Source: Parcubacteria group bacterium Gr01-1014_13 (lineage in GTDB: Bacteria > Patescibacteriota > Patescibacteriia > Magasanikbacterales > GWA2-37-8). From it: a stretch of 64,000 nt of DNA. This document shows, piece by piece, positions 41,025-50,529 of this stretch (within the stretch, counting starts at the first letter, position 1; each line of letters opens with the position of its first letter). The notes under the pieces are model-generated. The model saw nothing but the letters and a program-made list of their open reading frames with translations. It did no database searches and had not been told where the DNA came from. The position numbers and the translations under genes are program-made. The stretch is taken from positions 285,969-349,968 of the forward strand of contig VMGB01000001.1 in assembly GCA_007376295.1 (NCBI GenBank), given 5' to 3'.

Positions 41025-41252
41025 ATGAGACAAGCAAAAAAAGTTTTTCATCATGACTATCCGCCTTGCCAGGCTCGCCTGGATACTAATGGCGATTGTC
41101 CCGAATGCTCAACCCCAAAACGCAACGTACACCCAGATATGCAAAGCTTGGCTATTTGGTTCTACTGCCCTTCATGTAATTGTCCTTTAAAAAATTTGAA
41201 CTGTCCAAAGTGTAGAGAAACCTTCAAACGCCCCCTAACCAAAACTGGTTAG
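41025..41252 (+). CDS. Small double Zn-finger-like protein
   Basis: C...CPEC, CPSC and CPKC motifs; AGGA SD. Confidence 0.6.
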   Translation: MRQAKKVFHHDYPPCQARLDTNGDCPECSTPKRNVHPDMQSLAIWFYCPSCNCPLKNLNCPKCRETFKRPLTKTG

Positions 41253-41262
41253 GGTTTATTTT

Positions 41263-44019
41263 TTATGCCCCATGACACCTCTTAAACTTTTTGCCACTTC
41301 CGCACGGACATGGATCATTACGGCCAATGACTTTTCCGGATTCATCTGTGAGTTTTTTACTGGAAGAAATTTGCGCGCCATCACTATCGCTGGTTTTAAC
41401 AGCGCCGCTAAAATTTAAAGCATTTTTGTTCATCACCGATGGCGCCAACTGAATACCTAGATTAACTTTGTAAATGAGATAGACAACTTCTTTTTGAATA
41501 AAGTTCATCAGTTCATTAAACATGCGGTAGGTTTCTTTTTTGTATTCCACCAGCGGGTCATGCTGGCCATAACCGCGCAAGCCAATGCCGGTGCGCAAAT
41601 AATCCACGGCCACTAAATGTTCCACCCACAAATTATCTATTGCCCGCAACAACACCTGTTTTTCTATTTCCAATAGCATTTCCTTGTGCGGTACAGTTTT
41701 TTCGAGCAATGTTTCATATTTTTCGTTAGCCAACTTTACCAGATGTTCAATAATAGCTGTTCGTAAGGTGGCATCCTCCAACTTCTCCCCTCTTTCTCCC
41801 GCAAATAACTCAATTTCCTTCTTTTCATAATCCGACAAGGGGAAAATGGTTGTAACAGTTTGCATTATCTCTTTCATGTCCCATTCTTTTCTGTTTTCAG
41901 TATTGGTATGAAAAGAAATTATCTGTTCTACTTCTTGTTCCACCATATCGAGAATCATTTCCCGCATTGTCTTTGCTCCACCGGGCAAAGTCTTGTTTTT
42001 TTCGTATTCAAAAGTATCTAAAATTTCACGGCGTTTGCCGTAAATAACTTCACGATGACGGTTAAGCACGTCATCGTATTCCAACAGGTGTTTACGCGTA
42101 TCAAAATGAATACCTTCCACTTTTTTCTGGGCGGATTCAATAATTCGAGTAATCATCCCCTGCTCTATTGGCATATCATCCGGGACTTTTAAAGTTTCCA
42201 TTACTTTGCGGATACGATCACCGGCAAAAATACGCATCAGGTCGTCTTCGGTAGAAAGATAAAATTGTGATTCACCGGGATCTCCCTGGCGACCACTGCG
42301 GCCGCGCAACTGATTGTCTATACGGCGGCTTTCGTGGCGTTCGGTACCGATAACATGCAAACCTCCAGCAGCGCGAACTTTTTCGGCTTCGGCAGGATCT
42401 GGCGGATTGCCGCCTAAAATAATATCCACACCGCGGCCAGCCATATTAGTAGCCAAAGTAACCGCTCCGGCGCGGCCAGCTTGGGCGATAATCTCACCCT
42501 CACGTTCGTGGTTTTTAGCATTTAAAATTTCGTGTTTTATCCCCTCTCGTTCCAGATACAAACTTAACTGTTCATTTTTATCAACCGCCACAGTACCGAT
42601 AAGTACCGGCTGGCCTTTTTCTTGCAACTCTTTGACTTTCAAAGCAATGGCTTTGTATTTAGCAGTTTCAGTTTTGTAAATTCTGTCGGGATAATTATGT
42701 CTCTGATTTTTTCTGTTTGGCGGGATTACTACTACTTCCAATTTGTAAATTTTACCAAACTCTTCGGCTTCGGTAACGGCTGTTCCGGTCATGCCAGATA
42801 GTTTAGTGTAGAGACGGAAATAGTTCTGGAAAGTAATCGTGGCCATGGTGCGGCTCTCGGCTTGAATTTTTACACCTTCTTGCGCCTCTATCGCCTGATG
42901 TAAACCTTCGCTATAGCGGCGGCCAGGCATTTTGCGGCCGGTGAATTCATCGACGATTATAACTTCGCCGTTTTCTACGATATAATCACGGTCTTTTTTG
43001 AAAAGCGCGTAAGCGCGCAGAGCCATCTCTACATGATGAACTGTTGTTATCCCGCCTTCAGCATAGATATTATCTATGCCTAACCACTTTTCCATTTTAT
43101 TTAAACCGGCATCGGTAAGAGTGGAAGAACGCATTTTTTCGTCAACATTATAATCTTCGTTTTCTTTTAATCTTTTTACCAAATCAGCAAACTTGTAATA
43201 TATATCAGCCGCTTCTTCAGCTGGCGCGGAAATAATCAGCGGAGTACGCGCTTCATCGATTAAAATTGAATCGACTTCGTCGACAATGGCAAAGAAAAAT
43301 GGACGTTGCGACATCTCACCTTTACTCTGCACCATGTTGTCACGCAAATAATCAAAGCCGAATTCGTTATTGGTGCCATAAGTAATATCACAACGATAGG
43401 CCTCCGGACGGGCACAAGTTTCTAAAAATTCTGTTTCTACTTTGAACATGCCTTTGACATCGCGTTCTTTGTCAATTTCACTTCCTTCGGATACATCTTC
43501 CTCTGGTTTGATTCTTTTTTCCGCGTTGTATTTAAACGAAACCAATTGCTGCTGGATAATACCGACACTTAATCCCAGAGCATCATAAATTTGACCCATC
43601 CAAACGGCGTCGCGTTTGGCCAAGTAATCGTTGACAGTTACGACATGCACCCCGCGTCCGGCCAAAGCGTTTAGATATATAGGAAGCGTGCCTACTAGTG
43701 TTTTGCCTTCACCAGTACCCATTTCGGCAATACTGCCGCGATGTAATACTACGCCACCAATAAGCTGGGAATCGAAATGACGCATGCCGGTGAGGCGCTT
43801 AGATACTTCCCGCACCACAGCGAATGCTTCTGGTAAGATACTATCTAATGTTTCACCTTTGGCTAAACGAGCTTTAAATTCGTCTGTTTTAGCGCGCAAA
43901 TCCCCCAGACTTAACTTAATCATGTCTGGTTCTAAAGAATTTATTTTTTCAATTACTGGCTGGATGCTCTGAAGTACTTTGGCGTTGGGATCGCCAAAAA
44001 TTTTGGTTAAAAACGACAT
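41263..44019 (-). CDS. secA: Preprotein translocase subunit SecA
   Basis: AEMGTGEGKT, DEVDSILIDEARTPLIIS, TNMAGRG and the SEC-C motif GRNDPCPCGSGKKFKRCHG. Confidence 0.98.
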   Translation of the reverse strand: MSFLTKIFGDPNAKVLQSIQPVIEKINSLEPDMIKLSLGDLRAKTDEFKARLAKGETLDSILPEAFAVVREVSKRLTGMRHFDSQLIGGVVLHRGSIAEMGTGEGKTLVGTLPIYLNALAGRGVHVVTVNDYLAKRDAVWMGQIYDALGLSVGIIQQQLVSFKYNAEKRIKPEEDVSEGSEIDKERDVKGMFKVETEFLETCARPEAYRCDITYGTNNEFGFDYLRDNMVQSKGEMSQRPFFFAIVDEVDSILIDEARTPLIISAPAEEAADIYYKFADLVKRLKENEDYNVDEKMRSSTLTDAGLNKMEKWLGIDNIYAEGGITTVHHVEMALRAYALFKKDRDYIVENGEVIIVDEFTGRKMPGRRYSEGLHQAIEAQEGVKIQAESRTMATITFQNYFRLYTKLSGMTGTAVTEAEEFGKIYKLEVVVIPPNRKNQRHNYPDRIYKTETAKYKAIALKVKELQEKGQPVLIGTVAVDKNEQLSLYLEREGIKHEILNAKNHEREGEIIAQAGRAGAVTLATNMAGRGVDIILGGNPPDPAEAEKVRAAGGLHVIGTERHESRRIDNQLRGRSGRQGDPGESQFYLSTEDDLMRIFAGDRIRKVMETLKVPDDMPIEQGMITRIIESAQKKVEGIHFDTRKHLLEYDDVLNRHREVIYGKRREILDTFEYEKNKTLPGGAKTMREMILDMVEQEVEQIISFHTNTENRKEWDMKEIMQTVTTIFPLSDYEKKEIELFAGERGEKLEDATLRTAIIEHLVKLANEKYETLLEKTVPHKEMLLEIEKQVLLRAIDNLWVEHLVAVDYLRTGIGLRGYGQHDPLVEYKKETYRMFNELMNFIQKEVVYLIYKVNLGIQLAPSVMNKNALNFSGAVKTSDSDGAQISSSKKLTDESGKVIGRNDPCPCGSGKKFKRCHGA

Positions 44020-44090
44020 AAGTATTAAGAATTTAAACAAAAATTAGCCTTTTTTAGGCTAACTTAGTTTAGCATGTTCAAAGCAAATAA

Positions 44091-44393
44091 TCAAGGCTTG
44101 GGTATATAGCTTTTTATCCTTTCCCCCTCTCTTTCTACCACTTCGCCGTCATACTCCCCCGAATGGGCGGTGACACCTTCGTAGATAGGGCGTTTTTGAT
44201 CTAAATGTAGATTAAAAATTACTGTTTCACTCTCTGTTTGAATATATACATGAAAACGCGGATAAAAATCACGATGTATGCGTTTGGCATAACTGGTTTT
44301 ACCCATACGGCGGTCTATGATTTTACCATAGCCACAGCGGCGGATAAACTTTTCCGGATCGGAAACTTTAATTTTAGAAATTCTTATCAGCAT
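44091..44393 (-). CDS. Conserved hypothetical protein
   Basis: YPRFHVY, NLHLDQK and HSGEYDG motifs look conserved; function unknown. Confidence 0.7.
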   Translation of the reverse strand: MLIRISKIKVSDPEKFIRRCGYGKIIDRRMGKTSYAKRIHRDFYPRFHVYIQTESETVIFNLHLDQKRPIYEGVTAHSGEYDGEVVEREGERIKSYIPKP

Positions 44394-44458
44394 AAAAACA
44401 TTTCCATCATTTTTTAAGATGGAAGCAATAATTATTTTATCACCCTAATCGAAAGCTA

Positions 44459-44842
44459 CTAATTCCCTGCGGTGCTTGGATTTCCGATAACGAGCGGCGC
44501 TATCTCAATAATTTTGTTTTCGCTAGGGCGATACATTATGGCTTTACGCGCTCCGGTATATATTAAGACCTTGTCGCCATTGGCTGTTTTGGCGAAAAAT
44601 GCCTGGCCTGATCTTAATTTTTCAGCATCAGTGACTGTAGCTATGGTGGGGTTTTCTCCTTCCGGTAAAAGCACCAATTTTGCAACGGCATCGACTATTT
44701 TTTGATTTTCTTCTTGAGTTACTTTCTGAGGATCAACTTTGAGTGTTTTTACTTGCCTATAAAATATAAGACTAGTACCAGCTAAACCAATCACCAAAAG
44801 ACTTAAAAAAATTAAAACCGTTTTTAGGGTATTTGTTGTCAT
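44459..44842 (-). CDS. Hypothetical membrane-anchored protein
   Basis: N-terminal TM; LPEGENPTIATV...FF...NGDKVLIY...AIMYRP. Confidence 0.7.
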   Translation of the reverse strand: MTTNTLKTVLIFLSLLVIGLAGTSLIFYRQVKTLKVDPQKVTQEENQKIVDAVAKLVLLPEGENPTIATVTDAEKLRSGQAFFAKTANGDKVLIYTGARKAIMYRPSENKIIEIAPLVIGNPSTAGN

Positions 44843-44994
44843 TTTATTAATGATTATTAGAATTTATAATCACCCCGCGCCTGCGGAGCATGATTCTGTT
44901 GAATCAAATTATTTTAACGACCTTTGATAATAAGTATACCATATTTTTGTTTTACCACAAAACGGACTGTGGATATTATTTTTGAAGACCATCA

Positions 44995-45552
44995 CTAAAC
45001 GGGAAGAGCAGAATGAACAAAACAACTACGGCAAACAGGCTGATACGTAAAGGTGCCGTCATCAGGAATTACCGGCGGCATACCTTCGGTTAGTGGCACG
45101 CCTTTGCTAAATACTTGCGAATAAACTGCGGTTGGTTGACGACAAAGTTCGCAAACTGCTCGTTTGTGTTTAACTTCTCGTGGACCAAGCTCCAAAAAAC
45201 CTTTTACTACATCAAACATTTTCCCTCTATAATCAGTATCCAGACCGGCAGCGATAACTTTTACCCCTTTGTTTAGTAACCTGCCTACTATTGCCACATC
45301 CGCCGGATCAAACATGTGCAATTCATCTATACCGACAACGGAAAAATTTTTTTCTAGAGCTTCGTTTAAGGAGCTAACCTTTTTTGCTTCTATTATCACG
45401 CCGTTTCTGGAAGAAATATGTTCATCTCGGACATTGCGCGCGGACTGATAAAGCACATGAGGAATATCGGTATATTTTAATGGCGCAAAGTAACTTATTA
45501 AATCAAATGATTTTCCACTTTTCATCGGCCCGAGAATTAAAGTTAAATCCAT
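44995..45552 (-). CDS. tdk: Thymidine kinase
   Basis: GPMKSGKS, GIDE, AGLDTDYRG, AVCELC and CRSCF motifs. Confidence 0.93.
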   Translation of the reverse strand: MDLTLILGPMKSGKSFDLISYFAPLKYTDIPHVLYQSARNVRDEHISSRNGVIIEAKKVSSLNEALEKNFSVVGIDELHMFDPADVAIVGRLLNKGVKVIAAGLDTDYRGKMFDVVKGFLELGPREVKHKRAVCELCRQPTAVYSQVFSKGVPLTEGMPPVIPDDGTFTYQPVCRSCFVHSALPV

Positions 45553-45662
45553 AACGATATAATTTTTATAAATTCAAATAAAATCAAAAATATTATAACA
45601 CACTTGAACAAAAAAAGAACCGTCGTGTCAAGACACAGACGGCTCAAACCATATTGTATAAA

Positions 45663-46562
45663 TTAGAACTGATACTCCGTACCCAGCACGGCTCCCCATA
45701 ACCACTTGTCTGCCGTAAATATCCCCCAAGGAACAACTAGTGAGGTACACAACTTTTCCCCTCTCGTACACCACTTCAATCCCGGGGTCATGTAAAAAAA
45801 GTTTGATGTGCGCCGAAAATCTTTTTCGACTTTTGTGACATCATACTCGAAAACTTCCAGAACGCGTTTTGCCTCATCATCGAGCTTTGCATGTACGACG
45901 ACGCTATATCTTTGCCACAACACACCAAATGAAAAGGAAAAATTTCGGCGAAATGGAAATCTGGCATCTAGCCCGGCTTCCAATGTTCCTAACTCTCCAT
46001 TACTGGTCAAGTGGTCTTTGGCAAAATTTTTGAAATCAAGCCAATCGTCGGCAAAGTTCACCTGCAAACTACAGATGCTGAACCCGCTACTACTGGTTCT
46101 TGTCATCCCAAACAACCCTGTTAGCTTTACGTCATGGAAATTAAGAGTGGCGCTTACCCACTCCCTAAAACCCATTTCGACATAGCTCACCGAAGCTTTA
46201 AGATTACTGTCTTCATGGTCGAGCAGAAATTTTCCCAGGTAGAATTGGGCGCCGAGTCCGATGCTAAGTCGGCTGCGATTATTGTAGACACAACTTGCGC
46301 CTAAATTCCAACCCTGCCGCACAAAATGATCGCCCCTATCTGAGCCATTTAACTCGCCGCTTAAATACATTAAATTTGTGTACAAACCGCACGAAGAGAC
46401 TGGTGATTTGTACGGTTTTTGTACCGGCTCTGCCTTTACCGGCGGCGGGGCCTCTTTCGGGCTGGCCACCTCCGGTTCTTTCACGTCTTCGGCGAAAGCA
46501 GGAGCAGTAAATAATGTAACAACTAAAGCAATACCCCACCTCAACAAATAGCTGCTTCTCAT
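45663..46562 (-). CDS. Secreted beta-rich protein resembling an outer-membrane beta-barrel
   Basis: Signal peptide (PAFA-E), Pro-rich linker, alternating amphipathic strands, C-terminal GAVLGTEYQF. Confidence 0.55.
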   Translation of the reverse strand: MRSSYLLRWGIALVVTLFTAPAFAEDVKEPEVASPKEAPPPVKAEPVQKPYKSPVSSCGLYTNLMYLSGELNGSDRGDHFVRQGWNLGASCVYNNRSRLSIGLGAQFYLGKFLLDHEDSNLKASVSYVEMGFREWVSATLNFHDVKLTGLFGMTRTSSSGFSICSLQVNFADDWLDFKNFAKDHLTSNGELGTLEAGLDARFPFRRNFSFSFGVLWQRYSVVVHAKLDDEAKRVLEVFEYDVTKVEKDFRRTSNFFYMTPGLKWCTRGEKLCTSLVVPWGIFTADKWLWGAVLGTEYQF

Positions 46563-46630
46563 TGATTTTATCCCCCTACCATTCAGTTTAGGTGGGTATT
46601 TGATTTATGTCAACAAACAAAAAACGACAT

Positions 46631-47356
46631 CTACTTTGCTTCGATGCCGCTTTCAAAAAATTTTATAGCTGGGATATTTGAGCTGCCAATATGCTCGGCA
46701 ACAAACTCTGCAATATTGATCGGCTGGACTGCTTTAACCCACTCTTCTTCTGAGAAATTTTTAAGTCCTTCTCTGTTTTGAGGCGTATCCACTAGTGCTG
46801 GCCGGATATCACAGGTGCTAACCCCAGTTCCTTTTAATTCTTCTCCGAGGTTAAGAATAAACCGGCTTGTTTTGGCTTTGGCGCCGGCATAGGCCAGATT
46901 CCCTTGTAAATAACTGTCGGCCGCGTGAGACGACATATTGAATATCACACCCCTGCCTTGCTTGCGCAAGACTTCCTGAGCAACCGATGCCACCACAATT
47001 ACCGGTTTGGCAATTGACGCTTCTAATTTATCATTCATCTCAATAATTTCTTGCGGCGAATTTATCAGAGAAGTTCTGATCCAGGTGCCTACAGAAATTA
47101 CCACAGCATCAATTTCTCCAAATTTATTATTACTTTCTGCAAAAACTTTTTGTACATCTGTGAGGCTAGTTGCGTCTGCAGATATTGCAAAAATGTTTTC
47201 TCCACCCAACTCTTCTTTGAGTTTGGCAAGTTTATCTTGACTTCTGGCTACCAAAACAAGATTCGCTCCGGCTTTTTGAAATTCCCGGCAAACAGATTCG
47301 CCTATTCCACCGGTTGCTCCAAAAAACACTACCGTTTTCCCTTCAAGATTTTGCAT
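46631..47356 (-). CDS. SDR family oxidoreductase
   Basis: GATGGIG and YAGAK motifs. Confidence 0.9.
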   Translation of the reverse strand: MQNLEGKTVVFFGATGGIGESVCREFQKAGANLVLVARSQDKLAKLKEELGGENIFAISADATSLTDVQKVFAESNNKFGEIDAVVISVGTWIRTSLINSPQEIIEMNDKLEASIAKPVIVVASVAQEVLRKQGRGVIFNMSSHAADSYLQGNLAYAGAKAKTSRFILNLGEELKGTGVSTCDIRPALVDTPQNREGLKNFSEEEWVKAVQPINIAEFVAEHIGSSNIPAIKFFESGIEAK

Positions 47357-47376
47357 ACTTCTCCTTTTACTTGCTG

Positions 47377-47571
47377 TTAAGCTACGGCTTCTTCGTGGTC
47401 ATCATCAAAAGATTTTTTAGGCTCAAAAGAATCTAAACCACTATTTTCTTCTTCCAAAGTCTCATCCGTTGCCACACTTAATTTACCCTCTCTTTGCGCG
47501 GTCTTTTTATTTTTTTCTTGCTTCTTTAAACTTTCTAGATACGCTTCAAATACAGGGCTTCTTTCTGGCAT
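47377..47571 (-). CDS. Small charged hypothetical protein
   Basis: 64-aa ORF with a TTGACA/TATAAT promoter upstream, co-oriented with the SDR gene. Confidence 0.5.
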   Translation of the reverse strand: MPERSPVFEAYLESLKKQEKNKKTAQREGKLSVATDETLEEENSGLDSFEPKKSFDDDHEEAVA

Positions 47572-47648
47572 ATTGTTAAGTAAAAGTTAATTTTTAAATT
47601 AATACCCCCATTATACCCTTAGCTAACGCCTATGTCAACTCTCTCGTT

Positions 47649-48185
47649 TTACTGGTAAAACTGAGCATATTTTTGCCTAAACTTTGCCAATTTAGGAGCA
47701 ATTACGGCTTGGCAATAACCCTGTTCTGGATTCTTGGCAAAATATTGCTGATGATATTCTTCGGCTGGAAAAAATTCTTTCAGTGGATAAAGTTCGGTAA
47801 CAATTGGCTGGTCATACAATCTTTCTTCAGCCAATTCTTTCATAATTTTTTCCGCTATATCATACTGTTCTTTGGTGTTATAGAAAATAACTGAACGGTA
47901 CTGCGTACCTACATCATTGCCTTGGCGATCTGGAGTGGTAGGATTGTGAATCAAAAAGAAAATATGCAAAATGTCATCTAAAGCGATAATAGATGGATCA
48001 TAAGAAATTTGTACTACTTCGGCATGGCCAGTAGCTCCGCTGGTTACTTGTTCATAGGATGGGTTTTTTGTCTTGCCACCGGCATAGCCAGAAACTACGG
48101 ACTGAACTCCTTTGGTATGCGAATAAGTGGCTTCCAAGCACCAGAAGCATCCCCCGCCCAAAACTATGGTTTCCAAATTTTGCAT
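47649..48185 (-). CDS. msrA: Peptide-methionine (S)-S-oxide reductase
   Basis: GGGCFWC, GHAEVV, QGNDVGTQYRS and AEEYHQ motifs. Confidence 0.97.
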   Translation of the reverse strand: MQNLETIVLGGGCFWCLEATYSHTKGVQSVVSGYAGGKTKNPSYEQVTSGATGHAEVVQISYDPSIIALDDILHIFFLIHNPTTPDRQGNDVGTQYRSVIFYNTKEQYDIAEKIMKELAEERLYDQPIVTELYPLKEFFPAEEYHQQYFAKNPEQGYCQAVIAPKLAKFRQKYAQFYQ

Positions 48186-48346
48186 ACAAAATATAATTAT
48201 AATCGAAATGAGTGAGTGAAATATTTTAGCAAGCTAAATATTTTCGAACGAATGAGTTTATATCCGTAGATATTAATTGATAGTACTATACTTGCAAGGA
48301 TTTTACAATTAAAAAGACTGCCTTGTGAGCAGTCTTTTTTATATAT

Positions 48347-49627
48347 TTAATATCGTCTGCGGAAATTTTTGTTGCCTTCGGATTGTCCACCACGATTCTT
48401 GTTACCCTGATAACCTCCTCTGCCACCACTTCTTCCTCTGCCTTGGAAACCAGATGTTTCTTCATAATGTTCCGCAGGCATTGAACGGCGGGGCGGTAAA
48501 ACTGGTAATGGCCGGACAGGAATTGTTTTCTTGATTAGTTTTTCAATATGTCGGATATCTACCCATTCTTGTGAAGTAGCAAAAGATATGGCTTTACCAA
48601 AACTTTGCGCCCGGCCGGTACGGCCAATACGGTGTACGTAATCTTCGGTATTGTCTGGTAAATCATAATTTATTACCAAAGAAATACCAGTAACATCAAT
48701 ACCGCGGGAAGCGATGTCAGTAGCCACCAGCACTCGGAATCTGCCGGTTTTAAATCCTTCCAAAGCCATTTTGCGTTGAGACAAAGATTTGTTGGAGTGA
48801 ATTTCAGAAGCAGTATGACCCATAGCGCGGACGCCATTAGCAATTCTTTTGGCACCATGTTTGGTGCGGGAAAAAAGCAATACTGAGCCTTTGTTGTCTT
48901 CCAATACTTTTTCGAGCAACTGCATCTTAGCATCTTTGTTGACAATAAAAATTTCTTGTTCCACGTTTTTAGCAGAAGTGCCAGCTGGAGCTACTTCGAT
49001 GCGAAGCGGAATTTTCATGTAGCGGTGAGCTATTTCGGAAATAGCTTGCGGCATGGTGGCAGAAAACATTAAAGTTTGTCGTTCCTTAGATATCATGGCC
49101 AAAATTTGTTTGATCTGCGGCATAAATCCGATATCAAACATGCGGTCAGCTTCATCTAAAACCACAATCTTCATGTTGGTTAAAGTAAGATTTTTTTGCT
49201 GTACATGATCCATTAATCTACCTGGGGTAGAAACGATAATATGCGGACCGCGGCGCAACATCTGTTTTTGCTGATATCCGGAAGCACCACCAATAAGTAC
49301 GGCTGTGCGCAAACCTATTGGTCGGCCAATAGTTTGTAGTACCTGATCAACTTGTAAGGCTAACTCGCGTGTAGGCAGCAAAATTAAGCCTTGGGCATTA
49401 CCTGGCATCTGGGACAAAATCTGGATCATAGGGATACCAAAAGCCAAAGTTTTGCCAGTACCAGTTTGGGCGATACCAACAATGTCTTTGCCTTGTAAAG
49501 CTTGCGGAATACACTGGTGCTGAATAGGTGTAGGTACAACAAATTTCAACCGTTCCAGGTTGTCGAGTAGTTTTGGCGCGATGCCAAGCTCGCTAAAACG
49601 AGCTTGTGGCTGTAAATTCTGTGTCAT
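48347..49627 (-). CDS. DEAD-box RNA helicase (RhlE-like)
   Basis: AQTGTGKT, PTRELA, DEAD, SAT and HRIGRTGR motifs, RGG tail. Confidence 0.96.
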   Translation of the reverse strand: MTQNLQPQARFSELGIAPKLLDNLERLKFVVPTPIQHQCIPQALQGKDIVGIAQTGTGKTLAFGIPMIQILSQMPGNAQGLILLPTRELALQVDQVLQTIGRPIGLRTAVLIGGASGYQQKQMLRRGPHIIVSTPGRLMDHVQQKNLTLTNMKIVVLDEADRMFDIGFMPQIKQILAMISKERQTLMFSATMPQAISEIAHRYMKIPLRIEVAPAGTSAKNVEQEIFIVNKDAKMQLLEKVLEDNKGSVLLFSRTKHGAKRIANGVRAMGHTASEIHSNKSLSQRKMALEGFKTGRFRVLVATDIASRGIDVTGISLVINYDLPDNTEDYVHRIGRTGRAQSFGKAISFATSQEWVDIRHIEKLIKKTIPVRPLPVLPPRRSMPAEHYEETSGFQGRGRSGGRGGYQGNKNRGGQSEGNKNFRRRY

Positions 49628-49772
49628 AATTTATATTTAGTGACCCGATTTTCCACTGGGCCACTATTATATGACACAAAAGATTCGAGTCTGTAGCCGC
49701 TCTTAATTGAGGGCTAGTTGTTAAGACTGGTGAGTATAGCAAATAACAGCCATTTTGTCAATAGTATAGCCG

Positions 49773-50528
49773 CTATTTAACTACTATGGTGCGTTTGGCT
49801 GCTAGTTGCATGGCTACAAAAAATACTGCCGAAAAAGCCAAAATAACGACTAAAGAAACAAGCGGATTCAAATCCGAGTAACCGGTAAGCGAATAACGGA
49901 AAAAGTTAATATTGTGATGAATAGGGTTGAATAGACTAATGGTAGTCCAGGGCTGTGGCAAACTGGCAATCGGATAAAAAACTCCGGCCAAAAAAATCAT
50001 GGGCTGCATTACAAAAGAAGTCATAAAGGTAAGTGCCTCAAAATTCTTTGCCCAAAAACCAAAGGCCACTCCCAACATACCAAACTCCAAACCAGTCAGA
50101 AAAAGTCCAATAACGAAATATATAGGGTGGCTGGGCAAACCAAGTCCAGGGATAAACCAGATAGTGGCCAGTAGCGCCACTACAAGGGCAAATACACCGC
50201 GTGTGAAGGCCGCCAAGGCATAGGCGATACCAATACGCCACACAGCGATAGGTGCGAGCTGTAGGTCTATAATATTACCCAAATTTTTAGAAATCACTAA
50301 GGCGAAAGATGGGTTGGAAAAACTATTATTTATCACTAACATCGCCAAAAGACCGCTATAGACAAAAGTAAGATACGGCAGAGACCCGACCTCACGGCCG
50401 GCAGTGACAATACCAAAAACTCCTAAATAAAGGGCGATAGAAACTATCGGATTAAAAATCGTATCCAGCCAAATCTTTTGAAAACGTTTTACTTCCCGGG
50501 CATACAACGCCCACATGTTTGTGTTCAT
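49773..50528 (-). CDS. ABC-2 type transporter permease (YadH-like)
   Basis: REVKRF, FLAGVFYPIASLP and NPI motifs. Confidence 0.9.
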   Translation of the reverse strand: MNTNMWALYAREVKRFQKIWLDTIFNPIVSIALYLGVFGIVTAGREVGSLPYLTFVYSGLLAMLVINNSFSNPSFALVISKNLGNIIDLQLAPIAVWRIGIAYALAAFTRGVFALVVALLATIWFIPGLGLPSHPIYFVIGLFLTGLEFGMLGVAFGFWAKNFEALTFMTSFVMQPMIFLAGVFYPIASLPQPWTTISLFNPIHHNINFFRYSLTGYSDLNPLVSLVVILAFSAVFFVAMQLAAKRTIVVK

Positions 50529-50529
50529 A

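Noticed and set aside
43420-43540. Acidic insertion in SecA NBD1
   Set aside because: Falls in a variable loop region; nothing suggests an intein or extra domain.
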